Part shown: one piece after another, positions 1-12,120 of the stretch | How the letters are laid out: the number at the start of each line of letters is the position of its first letter | Position numbering within the stretch: position 1 is the stretch's first letter | Source: Laetmonice hystrix | Taxonomy: Eukaryota | Assembly: GCA_965235115.1 (NCBI GenBank) | Contig: OZ249436.1 | Span: 29,328,001 to 29,392,000, forward strand | Length of the DNA: 64,000 nt | Direction of reading: 5' to 3' | Program-made: the position numbers and the translations under genes | The notes under the pieces: model-generated | Seen by the model: only the letters and a program-made list of their open reading frames with translations | What the model was told of the DNA's origin: nothing | Database searches by the model: none

Positions 1-329
1 AGTATAGCCAGGATGTTGCTGGCAGCGAGGGGGCCTACACAGACTACGACCCGGACACAGGAGAACCCCCTATTAAAATTAAAAGACAAGTAGCAGACGA
101 GGACGACGAGTACGGAGCAGGTTACAGTCAACACATGGACAACAGTCAAGGCAGTGTAGGGACGCATTGGCCTCATGTGGCGGGGATTGGGGACATGGCA
201 GCACAATCATTCCAAGATTCTGGCGACAGTCAAATGTCAGCATCAGAGGTTTCCATGCCAGGGTGTTCGTCCTGGTCAGTAGGGGGTGGGACACCACGAA
301 GTATGATGCCTCATCAAGGATCCGATATG
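1..329 (+). CDS. Putative last common (constant) exon, 5' truncated by window edge; low-complexity acidic/Ser/Gly linker
   Basis: Frame is open from position 3 (YSQDVAGSEGAYTDYDPDTGEPPIKIKRQVADEDDEYGAG...PHQGSDM) and ends at donor ATG|GTAGGT (intron starts 330, phase 0), followed by a T-rich intron. Confidence 0.75.
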
Positions 330-2253
330 GTAGGTGTCTCTTTTCTTTTTTTCCTTACTATTATGGGAACTGATGTTCAAAGTGACCAATATAAAGAAAA
401 GTCTGGTGTACATTCTGTATAAAAAAATTAATGAAAGTTGATGGTGTACCTGTATCAAAATTTTATGTTTATTTTTTACACTCTTCAGAGTTCCAATTTT
501 AACAGAATTTCAGGCTAAAACTGTCTCAGCATATGATTTTGCCATGGCAGGACAAATGACATTTTGACATACAATTTGTGCAATTACTGTATAGTGAATA
601 AGGCTCAATAACAAAAAAAAACCATGCAATTTAAAAACAAATTCCTAATCTTAAAAACTTATTTTTTGTGCAAAACACTTTTTCTGCATTCAAACAAGCT
701 GTTGAAAATTATTAAACAAACACGATAATGAAAACAGGAATACTAGTGAATGAATACTAGTGAATGTTTGTGTGGAGCTGCAAGTCATGAAAATAGGTGC
801 GTGGCCTTTTCTCCTAGTTTAGGACTGTGTAACAGATGCCACCAGCTTCACCACAGCTGCACTTAATTGCCCCCTCCAGGAGAAAGGCTGCAAAATATTT
901 AAAACTGGTCAGTACAGATGGCTTCCACACAGCTGTTTGAGACAATGATTGGCAGATAATTTATACTTGGCTTGGAGCAGAGTTGATCAACATGATGAGA
1001 ATTTGACATAAATTTCTGAACTAGTGTGGGCAGCCCAAGCAGAAAAGTTTAAACCTATCAGAGAGTATCTCTTATTTCAATGACTCCAAAATGCAGACAT
1101 GGACATTGGTTCATCGCCCGATGAATTTCACTGGCTGTTCAAGTCAGTGCCAGGTAACCAACCAGCCATGAGATGATTGCTAAAATAGCCACAACAGACA
1201 GTTCTGGAATGTTGAATATTATTAGATTTATCCATAATTTTTCTGTGAGTATACATTAATTTACTGATTTATGTAGCCTAAGCCTAACAACCCATGTCTG
1301 TATTTTGAAGTCATTGAAATAAAAGGTACTCTCTGATTGCTTTAAAAGTGTTTATTCATGATTGCATTGAGGAAAAGTTGACAGTGCAGAAGTGGTGGAG
1401 GGAACAGATCATAATTATTGGTAAGAAGGAAGGCTGGCATAGTGATCAAGAGAGATGCCGTTTGTTAAATTGTTCCATATTGTTAAATCCACGAAAAAGG
1501 CCAAAAGTCTAGATAACAAGTATCATTACTTGTAGTTTTCCATTCGAAAGAAATCGGAGAGAACTGTCTGTGCTAGCCATCCTTATATCAAGAAGTATGG
1601 TCCCTGGTCAGTATTTGAACATTTCAGTTCCCAACAATCATGTAAGGAATTTGTCAAAGTTGGCAGTAGTTACTTATAGTCATTGGGAAACCTCAGTGGG
1701 ATGTGATGAGCAAAGAAAAATCTGATACAGTACTTACTATAAAAATGGAAAATTGCTAATTTTAAATATTACTTGAAAAATCTTTTATGGTTGCCAAAAG
1801 TTTAGTTTACCGGTACATAAATTGTAACATACGGGATGTTCAGTTTACTTGAACACATCCCCCTGAGTGTCTCATCCCTATGAATGTTGCCTCATGAATT
1901 TCTGTGTATGCAGACTCTATGAAAGAATGTGTATTGCCTCTTACCTCTGGGCCACTGTGGTATCCAGAAAGATTGAACAATTCCTCTGAGTCTGAAATCC
2001 CCAATAATATGACTCTTTAAACTTTTAAAAAGGGACACGTGAAAAATATTTAAAAATACTAAATGCCGATTTTCTAAAGGACCTAAAAATTTTGCTTACC
2101 AGCAATGATGGTCATTTTCACTGTGAACATGTAGTAAGCCATGGGAAAAGAAATAGTTTGACAGTATACACAATTTCAAGTTTAGTTATTGAACAGCAGT
2201 AAACAGATAACATACAATTGTAAACAGATAACATACAATGTAAGATTAAAGGT

Positions 2254-2627
2254 AGAATGGGAGACTCGAAATAATGGAGTTCCCGTCTTTTCCGCATGGC
2301 GGCAGCACTATCGCTTCGGTCCCGTATGACTACACATTAGTATGACGTTAGATAGGACGACAAAATGCTAATCTGTAGCTGGGTGCCGTAGTGCTATTTG
2401 TTATGAAATGTTATGGTGCGTTTAGGAGCTATTCAACATAGCGAAGCTTATCGAGTTATTAATTTTCATAACAAATAGTCTAAATGCATCCTGCCACAGA
2501 TTAGCATTTCGTCGTCCTATATAACGTCATGCTAATTTGCAATCGAGAGGACCGGGGCGACAGTGCTGCCGCCACGCGGATATTACTGGAATGCGCCGTT
2601 GCACATGCGTCTCGAGTCTCCCATTCT
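2254..2627. mobile_element. MITE-like foldback element
   Basis: Terminal inverted repeat agaatgggagactcga / tcgagtctcccattct plus internal inverted blocks (ggcggcagcact/agtgctgccgcc; atgacgtta.ataggacga / tcgtcctat.taacgtcat). Confidence 0.65.
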
Positions 2628-4770
2628 TTTTGGCCAAGTCCTTATCCTTTTACTGTAGATCTATGCGGAAAATCGGCGTTTGGTACTTTTGAATGTTTTC
2701 GCAATGGGACGATTTTATGTACATGTACCTTGATTGCCTTATAAGTACCAGTACCGGTACCCAAAAGAAGTTTAGAAGGGTGCTGAATTCGAACATCTTT
2801 GCATTTTGAAACCTTGTTGTTTACATCAATTGGGGTATTGACTTATAAATTTAAGATTGGCAGCTAGTGATAATAGAGGCTGAATGCACAGAAAAATTAA
2901 TTTATGGTTGCTGAGAGGTAAGTGATATTAATTATAAAATGATTTTTTTCATTGTTCAATATAGGAAAGAAATTATATAACAGAATTTATTGCTTTCAAG
3001 GCAGTTTATTGTTGTAAGCTGAATTAATAGTTTATTCACAATAGTTACTCTGCCTGGACATGCACCAACAAGATATCTACCTGACTGAAAGACATATTAT
3101 TGGTCAATTTTGTTCGACGTTGTAATTTAGAAGTAAAATTGAAGGAGACGTTATTATATTTATCGGTCATCAAGTAAACCAACAGGTTACAAAGTGGATT
3201 ATTAAAAAAAAGACCTGATTTAGTGATTAGTGAGTGCAGCAGAGCAAACTACATATTTATGTTTAAAATGTACCAGTACTTGAGTTGCTGATTCCAATGA
3301 ACATTGTGAGCATGCATGTAAAACAGTGTCTCCGGGGCATTCTGTTACTAGGAGTAATTCTTCATGACATCCTGCTGTGTGCATCTTCTGGAAAGTACCC
3401 CCAGTAGTTCTAACCTTGGAAGGTTTAGATTCATGAGCCTTGATTTCATCCAAGTGATTTTGAAGGTTGAATGTGAATGATGGATTTTTCTTGTACTGGT
3501 ACTTCAACAGTTTGATCGTGCCTAAACTTTCAGGAAAGTTGTATTTTGTTCTGAATGCATTGGATAACCCATAAGAATTATAAGATAATTTTAAGAAAAC
3601 ATTTCCTTATGAAATTATCTAACTTATTCGTTAATTTTAGCAATTGAATGAAGACTTAGTATAAGTAGTGCTATCTTTTCTAAGAGGATTTAATTTCCTC
3701 CAAGTAGTGAACTATAAACGTAATTTTATTTGAGGACGTACAATTACAGATAATTTTCCTGATAGGTGAAAGTTCTAACGACTGGTGAGAAGTAGTATCA
3801 AAGAATACTGAATGATTGACTTCAGGTCCATGTGAGACATACGTTGTCATTAGGACTTCTAAAGGTTAATACTGGCAGAAGCTTGTACATTTTGAGTGGG
3901 TTTTCAAGGAAACACTAACTCTAGCTTTGTGTGCTAAAAGTTACGAAGCCCTTATGTACTAAGTTATAGTAAGAACAGTTTCTTGTCAATATCAGCTCCC
4001 ATATAAACCAAAAGGGCTGGACTGTACCAGGAAGACATGAATGGATAATAATCATGGTGTAGTGTATAACCTGAGACACTGATCAACACCTCTCTGGATC
4101 ATCAAAGGATTTCTAATACATGTTTTTTGTACCGTTGACACATTGAGATTTTATAGCGCTCTCAAGGCGGTATAAAGAGTTAAATATTGCATTATAAAAT
4201 GTTGGTGTGTCACGCCAGTTTTGAAACTAAGGAAAGCACAATGTTAGCGCAATAAGAAATTCCTGCTCCAGAGGTGGTCTATATTTTCATAGTGCAACAC
4301 CTTACAAGATGTACATAGCAAAATAGTTTCCGTGTATCAACAGGATAATGACTAGAGTACCACAGACTTACTTCAGACTAAGGAGTTTCCATAGTGATGA
4401 GGTCATGCGTTAATGGTGCCTTCGTTTTGCATCCTGTGACACATCAATATTCGATATAATTGGCAGTTTGTCGACGGGATGAAGAGGCTGAGTTATTACC
4501 ATCACACTTGTTGGTGTGTCAATGGTATAAGTTACCGGCTATTATAGAGGTTCTACATTGTATTGCCGCTAGACCAGTGCCTTTTAGCAAACTAAATACT
4601 TTTTTACTTTTCTACTAATCCTACTGGTTATAAACTCATAAACTTAAAGCATTTTGTTAGGGACTAGGGACAAAATGAAATTGTCTCGCAGGGGGGGGGG
4701 GGGCTTTTAAAACTCAAGCAGACAATCTTTTCAAATACTTAAGTATAAATGTTTTCCTTTCCTCTGTCAG

Positions 4771-4980
4771 GGAGGGCAGTATGATGGGGAGATGTTGTCC
4801 TACATCTGGCCACAGCGCAACCGTCGATCTCAACACTCCAAAAATAAACCCTTCCAATGTGAAGTTAGTGACTGTGGCCGCAGTTTCTTCCATAAGCAGC
4901 ATCTTCGAAGGCATCAGAGGATAGACCATGGAATCAAGAGCACGAAGGCTGATTTAAAAATGACCACATGTGGCTTTTAG
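4771..4980 (+). CDS. Alternative terminal exon, single C2H2 finger (C-X4-C)
   Basis: Acceptor gttttcctttcctctgtcag|GGA, phase 0; RRSQHSKNKPFQCEVSDCGRSFFHKQHLRRHQRIDH; stop. Confidence 0.85.
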   Translation, partial: GGQYDGEMLSYIWPQRNRRSQHSKNKPFQCEVSDCGRSFFHKQHLRRHQRIDHGIKSTKADLKMTTCGF

Positions 4981-5087
4981 TCTGAAACAGGTTTTCAGCA
5001 ACAATCCTCTATTGTGAGAGACTTGTTTAAAAATGATATGGAAATTGGAAGGGCGGGCTGTTCTCAATCTTTCATGAAGTTTGTCAG

Positions 5088-5337
5088 ACTCTGGGAGGGG
5101 AATATATGCTAAAGATAGTGTGATTGTCCAAATATGGAAAAGACGAACGTTTTTGCTGCACACTGCAAGCATGTGAGCACGTACTTCTACCAAATATGCC
5201 ACGTGCAGAGGCATGAGAGTGTCAACCACAGTTCCATGATGACCGAGAAAAGTGTACCATTGGAAGAGCACAAGTATTATAGAATGACAAGGTGCAAGTC
5301 GCCAGTTTCCCACAATTGTGTTCCTATAAAACGTTAA
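5088..5337 (+). pseudogene. Degenerate zinc-finger cassette
   Basis: ttgtcag acceptor leads to an early stop; another frame retains the finger relic ..CKHVSTYFYQICHVQRHESVNH. Confidence 0.4.
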
Positions 5338-5366
5338 ACTGAAAGGTGCTACCTTTATGTTATCAG

Positions 5367-5540
5367 GTAATGGATGCTAGGCAGCAAGATTCACAACTGT
5401 GGCGGCATCCACGACGGTCCAAGTTTTCTGGAGACAAGCCTTACCGCTGCACAATGCCAGGGTGTGATCGGGCATTTTACTATAGCCACCACCTGCGCCG
5501 TCATGTGCGCCTTAATCATGGTGCTAGCATCCAAGAGTGA
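5367..5540 (+). CDS. Alternative terminal exon, single C2H2 finger
   Basis: Acceptor cctttatgttatcag|GTA, phase 0; RRSKFSGDKPYRCTMPGCDRAFYYSHHLRRHVRLNH. Confidence 0.85.
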   Translation, partial: VMDARQQDSQLWRHPRRSKFSGDKPYRCTMPGCDRAFYYSHHLRRHVRLNHGASIQE

Positions 5541-5773
5541 AAACTGTTTTGTATCCTGCAGACTCTGTCAGACATCTTATGACGCTATAGACAGCTGCAG
5601 ATGGCAACTTTTATCTTTTAGCTGTCATTCTGTTTGAAGTTCTAACACACATTGTAAGGCGTCCTCTCAGGAGAAACCTTCTGGATGATGTACATAAGGA
5701 TGGAAGACGTTTTAAATAAAGGTCACTGAGCAGAAAACTTAAGTGGTGAGATGAACTAGATCAGCTTTTGTTC

Positions 5774-5936
5774 ATATAATGGACTGGAAGAACCAAAACG
5801 GTATGTTATCAGTTGATAATGCCATTACTGTTCATTTATAAATTTACACTGGTCATATAATGGACTGGCAGAACCTAAACGGTATGTTATCAGTTGATAA
5901 TGCCATTACTTTGCATTTATAAATTTACAGTGGTCA
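5774..5936. repeat. Two-copy ~80 bp tandem duplication
   Basis: catataatggactgg.agaacc.aaacggtatgttatcagttgataatgccattact... occurs twice in tandem. Confidence 0.8.
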
Positions 5937-7049
5937 CGTATATTAGGCGAAAGCTATTTTGTAACTAAGCAGGTACCGCGTGTACTTAAGTGACACACAG
6001 CCTTCAAAATCAGCAATATTGAAGTAAAAAATCTAGAAATAAAAAAATAACTAAGATAGAAAGAAGGGACACACACACAAAAATAATCTATAACAACAGT
6101 TACAAAATACTAGAAGTCGATAGGAACAAAGTAGAAAAAAACCTTACATCAGGATAGGTGCACGCACTTTGAGAATTACAAACTGGTTCTGTCCAACCCG
6201 AACGATATCATTTGAACTTATTTAACAAGGAACTGGCCTGATACCCGGCGAATGACTCGTAGTAACTTTTGAGTGGCAACTTGGGACTCTTTTTGCCTCG
6301 CGAATTACAGCGGCTTGCTATTTGCTGCAATGGTTGAACAGGCAACATGCCACGCACAGGGCACAACTTAAGCTAGAAAACGCAGGAAACGTGAATGAGA
6401 TATTAGTAGATCTCAGCGGGAGTTGTTAAAGTTGTGACCAATGGCAATGTCAATGCCGGGCTTAGTGAGATCCTTCTATTAGGCAGGTGAGACTTTGGAG
6501 ATTTGATCTGTACATGGGTAATTTCCTATTTGAACGTGGCATCAGGGTGAACAATTTAGTCGGTACTCAAACTATAGGCCTACTATTAATATTGTCGGCT
6601 GAGAACCTCAACTGACAGGTGTGCATCATGTGACACCAGTCCCAGTTCAAATGGCGTCTGTGCGCAAGGATGGATTGACGGTGCACAACTGACGAATTCA
6701 TGTTAATAGATTATCGTTCTTTTCTCAGTTAAAAGGCAGGCATTACCTATGATATCATTTCTGCTTGATGTTGAAAGCATTTGGGGGAAATATAGGAAAA
6801 TTGTCAACATTGGATGGCAATACATGTTGTTTTAAGGAAGTGTGTTTGTAAGGAATAATCTGTACGTACTGATTCCATTATTAAGGTCTAATGGTGCAAA
6901 GTAGTGATCGTGTCACATATGATTTAAAAGATATTTAAAGTGGGGAAGTACTGGAACTGACAAGAAGTCCTTTCCACTCTGTGCCACCTTGACTCAAAAC
7001 ACTATTCAAAAGTAGCCAGTTTTTATTTTATCTCTTTCTGTATTTGTAG

Positions 7050-7352
7050 TTTGGGGCCAGGCCAGGGGGAGTGCAGAACATATGGGCGCGGAAAAGTCGG
7101 CGGTCACGCTTTGCTGAAAATAAACCGTATGCATGTGAGGTTGTGAACTGTGGTAAGCGATTCTTTCATGTTTCGCACCTTAGTCGCCATCGGAATCAGG
7201 AACATCGTAAAAGACAAACTGACAGTGGGAAATGTGTGCAAGGTGATGCAAGACTCACACAAGGTTTGACCACTTCCTGTGAACCGCCAGAGGCTCAGCT
7301 TTTTGATACCCAAGGAAAGACTCTTTTGGCTCATATGCCTGATGGGTGGTGA
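7050..7352 (+). CDS. Alternative terminal exon, single C2H2 finger
   Basis: Acceptor tctctttctgtatttgtag|TTT, phase 0; RRSRFAENKPYACEVVNCGKRFFHVSHLSRHRNQEH. Confidence 0.85.
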   Translation, partial: FGARPGGVQNIWARKSRRSRFAENKPYACEVVNCGKRFFHVSHLSRHRNQEHRKRQTDSGKCVQGDARLTQGLTTSCEPPEAQLFDTQGKTLLAHMPDGW

Positions 7353-7555
7353 TGATACCCAAATCCTTACGTTGGTTTCAGTGAAACACATTCCAAAGCA
7401 TGATATGCTGAAAACAGTTTTGGGAGTAGCATGAGGTAGCTCACTGCTTCTCATGTCTTCGACCTGGGTAATGATTCCTTACGTTTTAGATCAGGATGAG
7501 AAAAAAGAAATCATGATAAGCTGATAAAGCCAGAGATGCTCTTGTATCTTTGTAG

Positions 7556-7807
7556 TCTGGCGGCCCTAGGAGGGAGGGGCATGGTGGTCAGTTCCAACCA
7601 GCTCTGCCCGAGTCCGTCTTCCGGCTGAGGAGGTCAGTACACTCAGAGGACAAACCCTACGGGTGTGACTACCCAGGCTGTAACAAGAGGTTTTTCCACC
7701 GGCCAAATCTGTATCGTCACCGCAAAGATCATCACTCGCAACAAGCAAGCTTACCCACAGTTGGAGTCTTCATGCCATCGTTGCAAAGCAGAAACAAAGG
7801 CCCTTAA
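7556..7807 (+). CDS. Alternative terminal exon, single C2H2 finger (absent from ORF track)
   Basis: Acceptor tcttgtatctttgtag|TCT, phase 0; hand translation SGGPRREGHGGQFQPALPESVFRLRRSVHSEDKPYGCDYPGCNKRFFHRPNLYRHRKDHH...GP*. Confidence 0.85.
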   Translation, partial: SGGPRREGHGGQFQPALPESVFRLRRSVHSEDKPYGCDYPGCNKRFFHRPNLYRHRKDHHSQQASLPTVGVFMPSLQSRNKGP

Positions 7808-8712
7808 ATTGAAAGACTCGGATTTGGTTGAGGCATGATGAAATGTGGAGTACCTTTAAAGGTACCAGATACTTTTCAACTTAAAAATAAACCTTTGTAT
7901 GGAATAACATTTTAACTACCTGTTTTATTCAACACTTGAAAGTTATTGCTTGACTGGAAGTTGAAAGAGCATTGTGATGCCGCGATAGATATGAGTGTAG
8001 TTATGTCATGAAATAACTTGAAGGTGATAACAGCAATCTGAACGTGAAATGTTATTAAGAGTAGCATCAAACTGAACAATTGACCAGTATACTGATGAAT
8101 GCCGTTGTCTAGGCAAGTTTAATGGTAGTAAATCTCCTAGATAGGTCACATAAAACGTAGTCGTAATGGCAAAAATTCTAGTGTATGGGTGGACTCAAGA
8201 TCAGTCATTACAACTCAAGATCAGTCATTGCAGAGTATAATAGGCAAGAGTTGCATTGATCGTCATTTCTGGAAACAGTGGTTGTACAAGTGTATTTTTC
8301 TGATGATCTATGGAAGTGAGGGCTAATAGAGGTTATGATGTATCCAGCAGGTGGTGCAAAAGGTGCACGGTGCACGGCAAGAAGGCTGCCATTTCTTCAG
8401 ACTTCAATTAGTAGGACTAATCTATAAAGTCATGTGACCCTGAGGTTTTGCTTGGGTTCTACCTCGGGTTTAAAACACCGGTACTAAAATTCCAAATGGA
8501 AACTCCGCGAGAGCAGATAGCATTATAAGCTACCTACTAGGCCCTAAGCGTAATCGTCATGCCATACAGCCATCAAACCCTGAAGGGTTGTCAGGGGCTT
8601 CTAGCTAGATTGTACCGACAACTTGGCAGTCCAGATGCTTACATTTGTTGGGTGTCTGAACCATGATGAGGTGAAGCTCTTAGGACATTTAGCTTTTCTT
8701 TTTGTGTTGTAG

Positions 8713-8976
8713 GCAGGCCGCTGGGGGCCGCAGACCCAGGTATACCATTACCAACATCAACGCCGATCAAGGAGTGCCAGTGATAAGCCATATGTGTGTT
8801 CCTATTCAGGATGTCAGAAGAGCTTTTTTCATCAGTCAAGCTTCTCAAGACACAAAGCAGAGCACCGGAGAGTTGACAGTGGAAATATTGAGGACAATGC
8901 TGCCTTAACATATGATGCTGGTCCAAGCCTGATGTCGGGGAATACCTCAGAGAACACTGTAACATTGCAGCTGTAG
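8713..8976 (+). CDS. Alternative terminal exon, single C2H2 finger
   Basis: Acceptor ttttctttttgtgttgtag|GCA, phase 0; RRSRSASDKPYVCSYSGCQKSFFHQSSFSRHKAEH. Confidence 0.85.
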   Translation, partial: AGRWGPQTQVYHYQHQRRSRSASDKPYVCSYSGCQKSFFHQSSFSRHKAEHRRVDSGNIEDNAALTYDAGPSLMSGNTSENTVTLQL

Positions 8977-9172
8977 AACTGATCCGAGAAAGGCTCTCAC
9001 AGCATGTAGTGCGTTTTACGCCTATAGACCCCTACCCTTTTGATGCGTTTTTTTTTCGGATGAAGAGAGAGGAATGATTGTCTGAAGCATGCTTCATGCT
9101 GAGTAGTTAACGTTTGTTGTTTTTGCTGCAATAGCAAGGATTCTTAGAGCATCTTTTTTTTTCTTCTTGTAG

Positions 9173-9373
9173 CTGCTGACACCAAGAGCCTCACAAGTTC
9201 AGTCTGATAATGGCGATCCTACCGGGAAGATATCAAGGTCACATGTTAACAGAGAGAAAACATTTGTATGCACCTTCCCAGGTTGTGATAAAGCATTCTT
9301 CTACAGTTCAGGATTGAGTAGACACAAGACAATTCACAGACAGTATATGTTATACCCATGGGTCCGTAAGTGA
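9173..9373 (+). CDS. Alternative terminal exon, single C2H2 finger (absent from ORF track)
   Basis: Acceptor tttttttcttcttgtag|CTG, phase 0; LLTPRASQ...SRSHVNREKTFVCTFPGCDKAFFYSSGLSRHKTIHRQYMLYPWVRK*. Confidence 0.85.
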   Translation: MLTPRASQVQSDNGDPTGKISRSHVNREKTFVCTFPGCDKAFFYSSGLSRHKTIHRQYMLYPWVRK

Positions 9374-9994
9374 TCCTTCAGTATCAGTAACGAGTAGGAT
9401 GTGAATATTGCGGTTGTGAACAAGTCAGGAAGAGGTTAGAGGCAAAGAATGACAGTAAAGCACACAGAGAAAACAAGACAAAACAGGAATAACAGAATCA
9501 TGCCCGTTTTCTGTATAAGTGACAGAACTGAATAGGATGCCCCAATTAACTGGCAGTGTTACCTGCCCTTGGATTGATGTTTGTTGTGTTTGCAAACTGG
9601 AAACTGTCCGATTTAACTTTTTGGACAAAATGAACAATGATCACATCTGTCACCAGGTTTTACACTAGTAAAACATTTCATCTAAGGGCAGCACAGACTG
9701 CCTTCGCTGACTTACAGTTTCTTAGTAGTGTGGTGGCTTATTCCAAAAGTCCTGGTACAAAACTCAAGAAAACCCAGAGGTCATCAGATAAGTCGTGATG
9801 GAGTGTGACTGGGTAGGTAGCAACAGGAATCTTATCCCATATGAGTGGAAACGCCAGACGCCCCACAAATCACTGGTACTGTTTTGCCAACAGGGCAGCA
9901 CAGCAGAATGGTTGGTCCGGTTCCAAATCCAGTTGAGCAATGTGGCAAGCCTAGACTGTTTTACCAAAACGGGTCATATTTTTTTCTTTTGTAG

Positions 9995-10204
9995 CTGTTA
10001 CACGACAGGCTAAAGTGGCACCACCTGACGTCACTGGAGGTGAAGGCTCCGTACCGACCAAGGCATTCAGAAGACAAACGTTTTTCATGCAATATTGGTG
10101 GTTGTACCAAACGCTACTACAGAAAATGTCACTTAGAGAGACACGTTAAAGACCACCATCCTGAGGCTGCTGATGAGATGTTATTTCCTTTGCCAAGTGA
10201 ATAG
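9995..10204 (+). CDS. Alternative terminal exon, single C2H2 finger (absent from ORF track)
   Basis: Acceptor tttttttcttttgtag|CTG, phase 0; ...RPRHSEDKRFSCNIGGCTKRYYRKCHLERHVKDHHPE...*. Confidence 0.85.
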   Translation: MLHDRLKWHHLTSLEVKAPYRPRHSEDKRFSCNIGGCTKRYYRKCHLERHVKDHHPEAADEMLFPLPSE

Positions 10205-10694
10205 GCAGAAACTGGTAGAGGAAGAGGAGATGGGAAAAGAAAGAGAGAAACGCTTGAACAATGTAAACGTGCAATATATTTTTGTTATGGATAGCTGGAA
10301 GTCTTTGTGTGTGAATGGTACCATTATCGTGTTGCAATACAGCTGGTTATAGCTGTATTGCAATAGTGGTGGCTTAAAGGGCCTTTATATGTCATGATCC
10401 AAGGTGTTATGTGACGCTATATGATTGAAATTGAGGTGGAAACTAGCAATAGCAGAAGTATTTGGGTGGATTTGGTAGATTTTCCTATTTTTTTGGTAGT
10501 ATCTCCGAAAATAGGATTCAGTGCTGTATAATCTCATTCGGTTTTCCTCTCATGCTATTCCATTGGAAAATGCAGTGGACAACGACATTTTAACCCAAAC
10601 TAAAATGGTGGAAAGGACTTAACATGTCATCTGTTCATCATGAATGGAAACGTCTTGCCTTTAAACTGACCTGCGGATCTTTTGTGTGTTGTAG

Positions 10695-10892
10695 CCATGG
10701 GCTGGCGTCTGGTTAAAGACTGGTAAGGTCTTCCCGGCAATGCCACTGCCTGCAAGAAGAAGATCCAAGGCCTCGACAGACAAACCCTTTATATGCTCCC
10801 ATCCGGGCTGTAACAAAAGATTCTTCCACGAGAGGAATATATCTAGGCATCTGATCCAGGTGCATGGCTCCACTAATGCAGCCAGACAATGA
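10695..10892 (+). CDS. Alternative terminal exon, single C2H2 finger (absent from ORF track)
   Basis: Acceptor tcttttgtgtgttgtag|CCA, phase 0; ...RRRSKASTDKPFICSHPGCNKRFFHERNISRHLIQVHGSTNAARQ*. Confidence 0.85.
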   Translation, partial: PWAGVWLKTGKVFPAMPLPARRRSKASTDKPFICSHPGCNKRFFHERNISRHLIQVHGSTNAARQ

Positions 10893-11057
10893 CGTTGATG
10901 GTTTGATTGCCTACCAAACGATAGCCATACCGTAACTGAAGATTTCAGTAGTTCCAGTCAGTCCACACATTGGAGGTGTTGAGGCCCCATTTTGGACATT
11001 AACATAAAGCAGAACGATAGCTGCACCGGAACTCTTGAGTTATAATAGTATACAGAG

Positions 11058-11474
11058 TAGGGCTGAAACGATACACTTTTGTCACGATATGATACGTATC
11101 ACGATACATGACAAACGATAAGATATGTATCATGATATTTCTCAATGAAACTATAAAGCGCATCTGTTTAAATTTCAAACATATTAATAGCTAAGAGGGG
11201 GCAAACGGTGCTTTATATCCTGCCTTCAGGGTTTTCTTCAAGAAAATAAGTTTGTCAACAGTTTCCGCACTTAAGGCAGAACGCTGGGCAGTAACAATGT
11301 CCAAAGGAGTTGAGCACACTCTTTCAGAAGGCACACTAGTTGCAGGTATTCCTAGGTATGTCATGACTGATGGCGTATCGTTTTGTATCGATACTTTGAC
11401 ATTCATATCGATGTATCGTATTGGACACAAAATATCATGATGCACTGATGTATCAATGAATCGTTTCAGCCCTA
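11058..11474 (-). mobile_element. Non-autonomous hAT DNA transposon (internal deletion derivative)
   Basis: TIRs tagggctgaaacgat / atcgtttcagcccta; encloses a hAT C-terminal dimerisation motif fragment YLGIPATSVPSERV.S...IVTAQRSALSAETVDKLIFL; no clear 8-bp TSD. Confidence 0.85.
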
Positions 11475-12120
11475 CTCCAAAATGACCAGCATAGATGCAC
11501 CTGAGTTTCAGTCAGACCATAAGTTGGTATCTTGGATAGAACGGCATGATATGATATTGATGGCAGATATTGAAAAGTTGGCCACATCACATTTGTGGCA
11601 AGTCTTACAGGGCCATAATGTGGTTCACACTAATATACGGTTAGACCAGACGTAAGATTAGCTTCATTGCTCCGAGCTAAGAAGGGGCACAGTGTTAGTC
11701 TGGATGATTCGGTGAGACTTTTGTTATGTTGGCATTGCGAGTACTTCGTGTGTGCATGTAATCTGTTTATTTTTTGGCTATCAGTAATTGTGAAACCATC
11801 AAAAGTAAACATAGAGATCCCTAAATTAGATTGAAACTTTGTGTTTTTGTTGCATAAGAAAGTCTAATCTAGTAATTGAGTTAGGAACAAGTACCTGAGT
11901 AATTCAAGGCCTTAGATAAATGTGTGTCCACAAGATTGGAGAAAGCCATAGGCTTGGGTATATTTCTGGAATGTTTGTACCTCAGACGTTGAAGTTCCTT
12001 TTCTGCAGACAGAAGTTAACATTTGGCATAACAATTGTTTTGCCAGTTGCTGATGATAACCCTCATAGTCCCATTATTAGACCAGATACCTGGGGTCAGA
12101 GGTGCTGTCACATAGAGAGC

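Noticed and set aside
1..329. Assigning a gene symbol (lola, mod(mdg4), ZBTB)
   Set aside because: No BTB or other diagnostic domain lies within the window; the resemblance is architectural only
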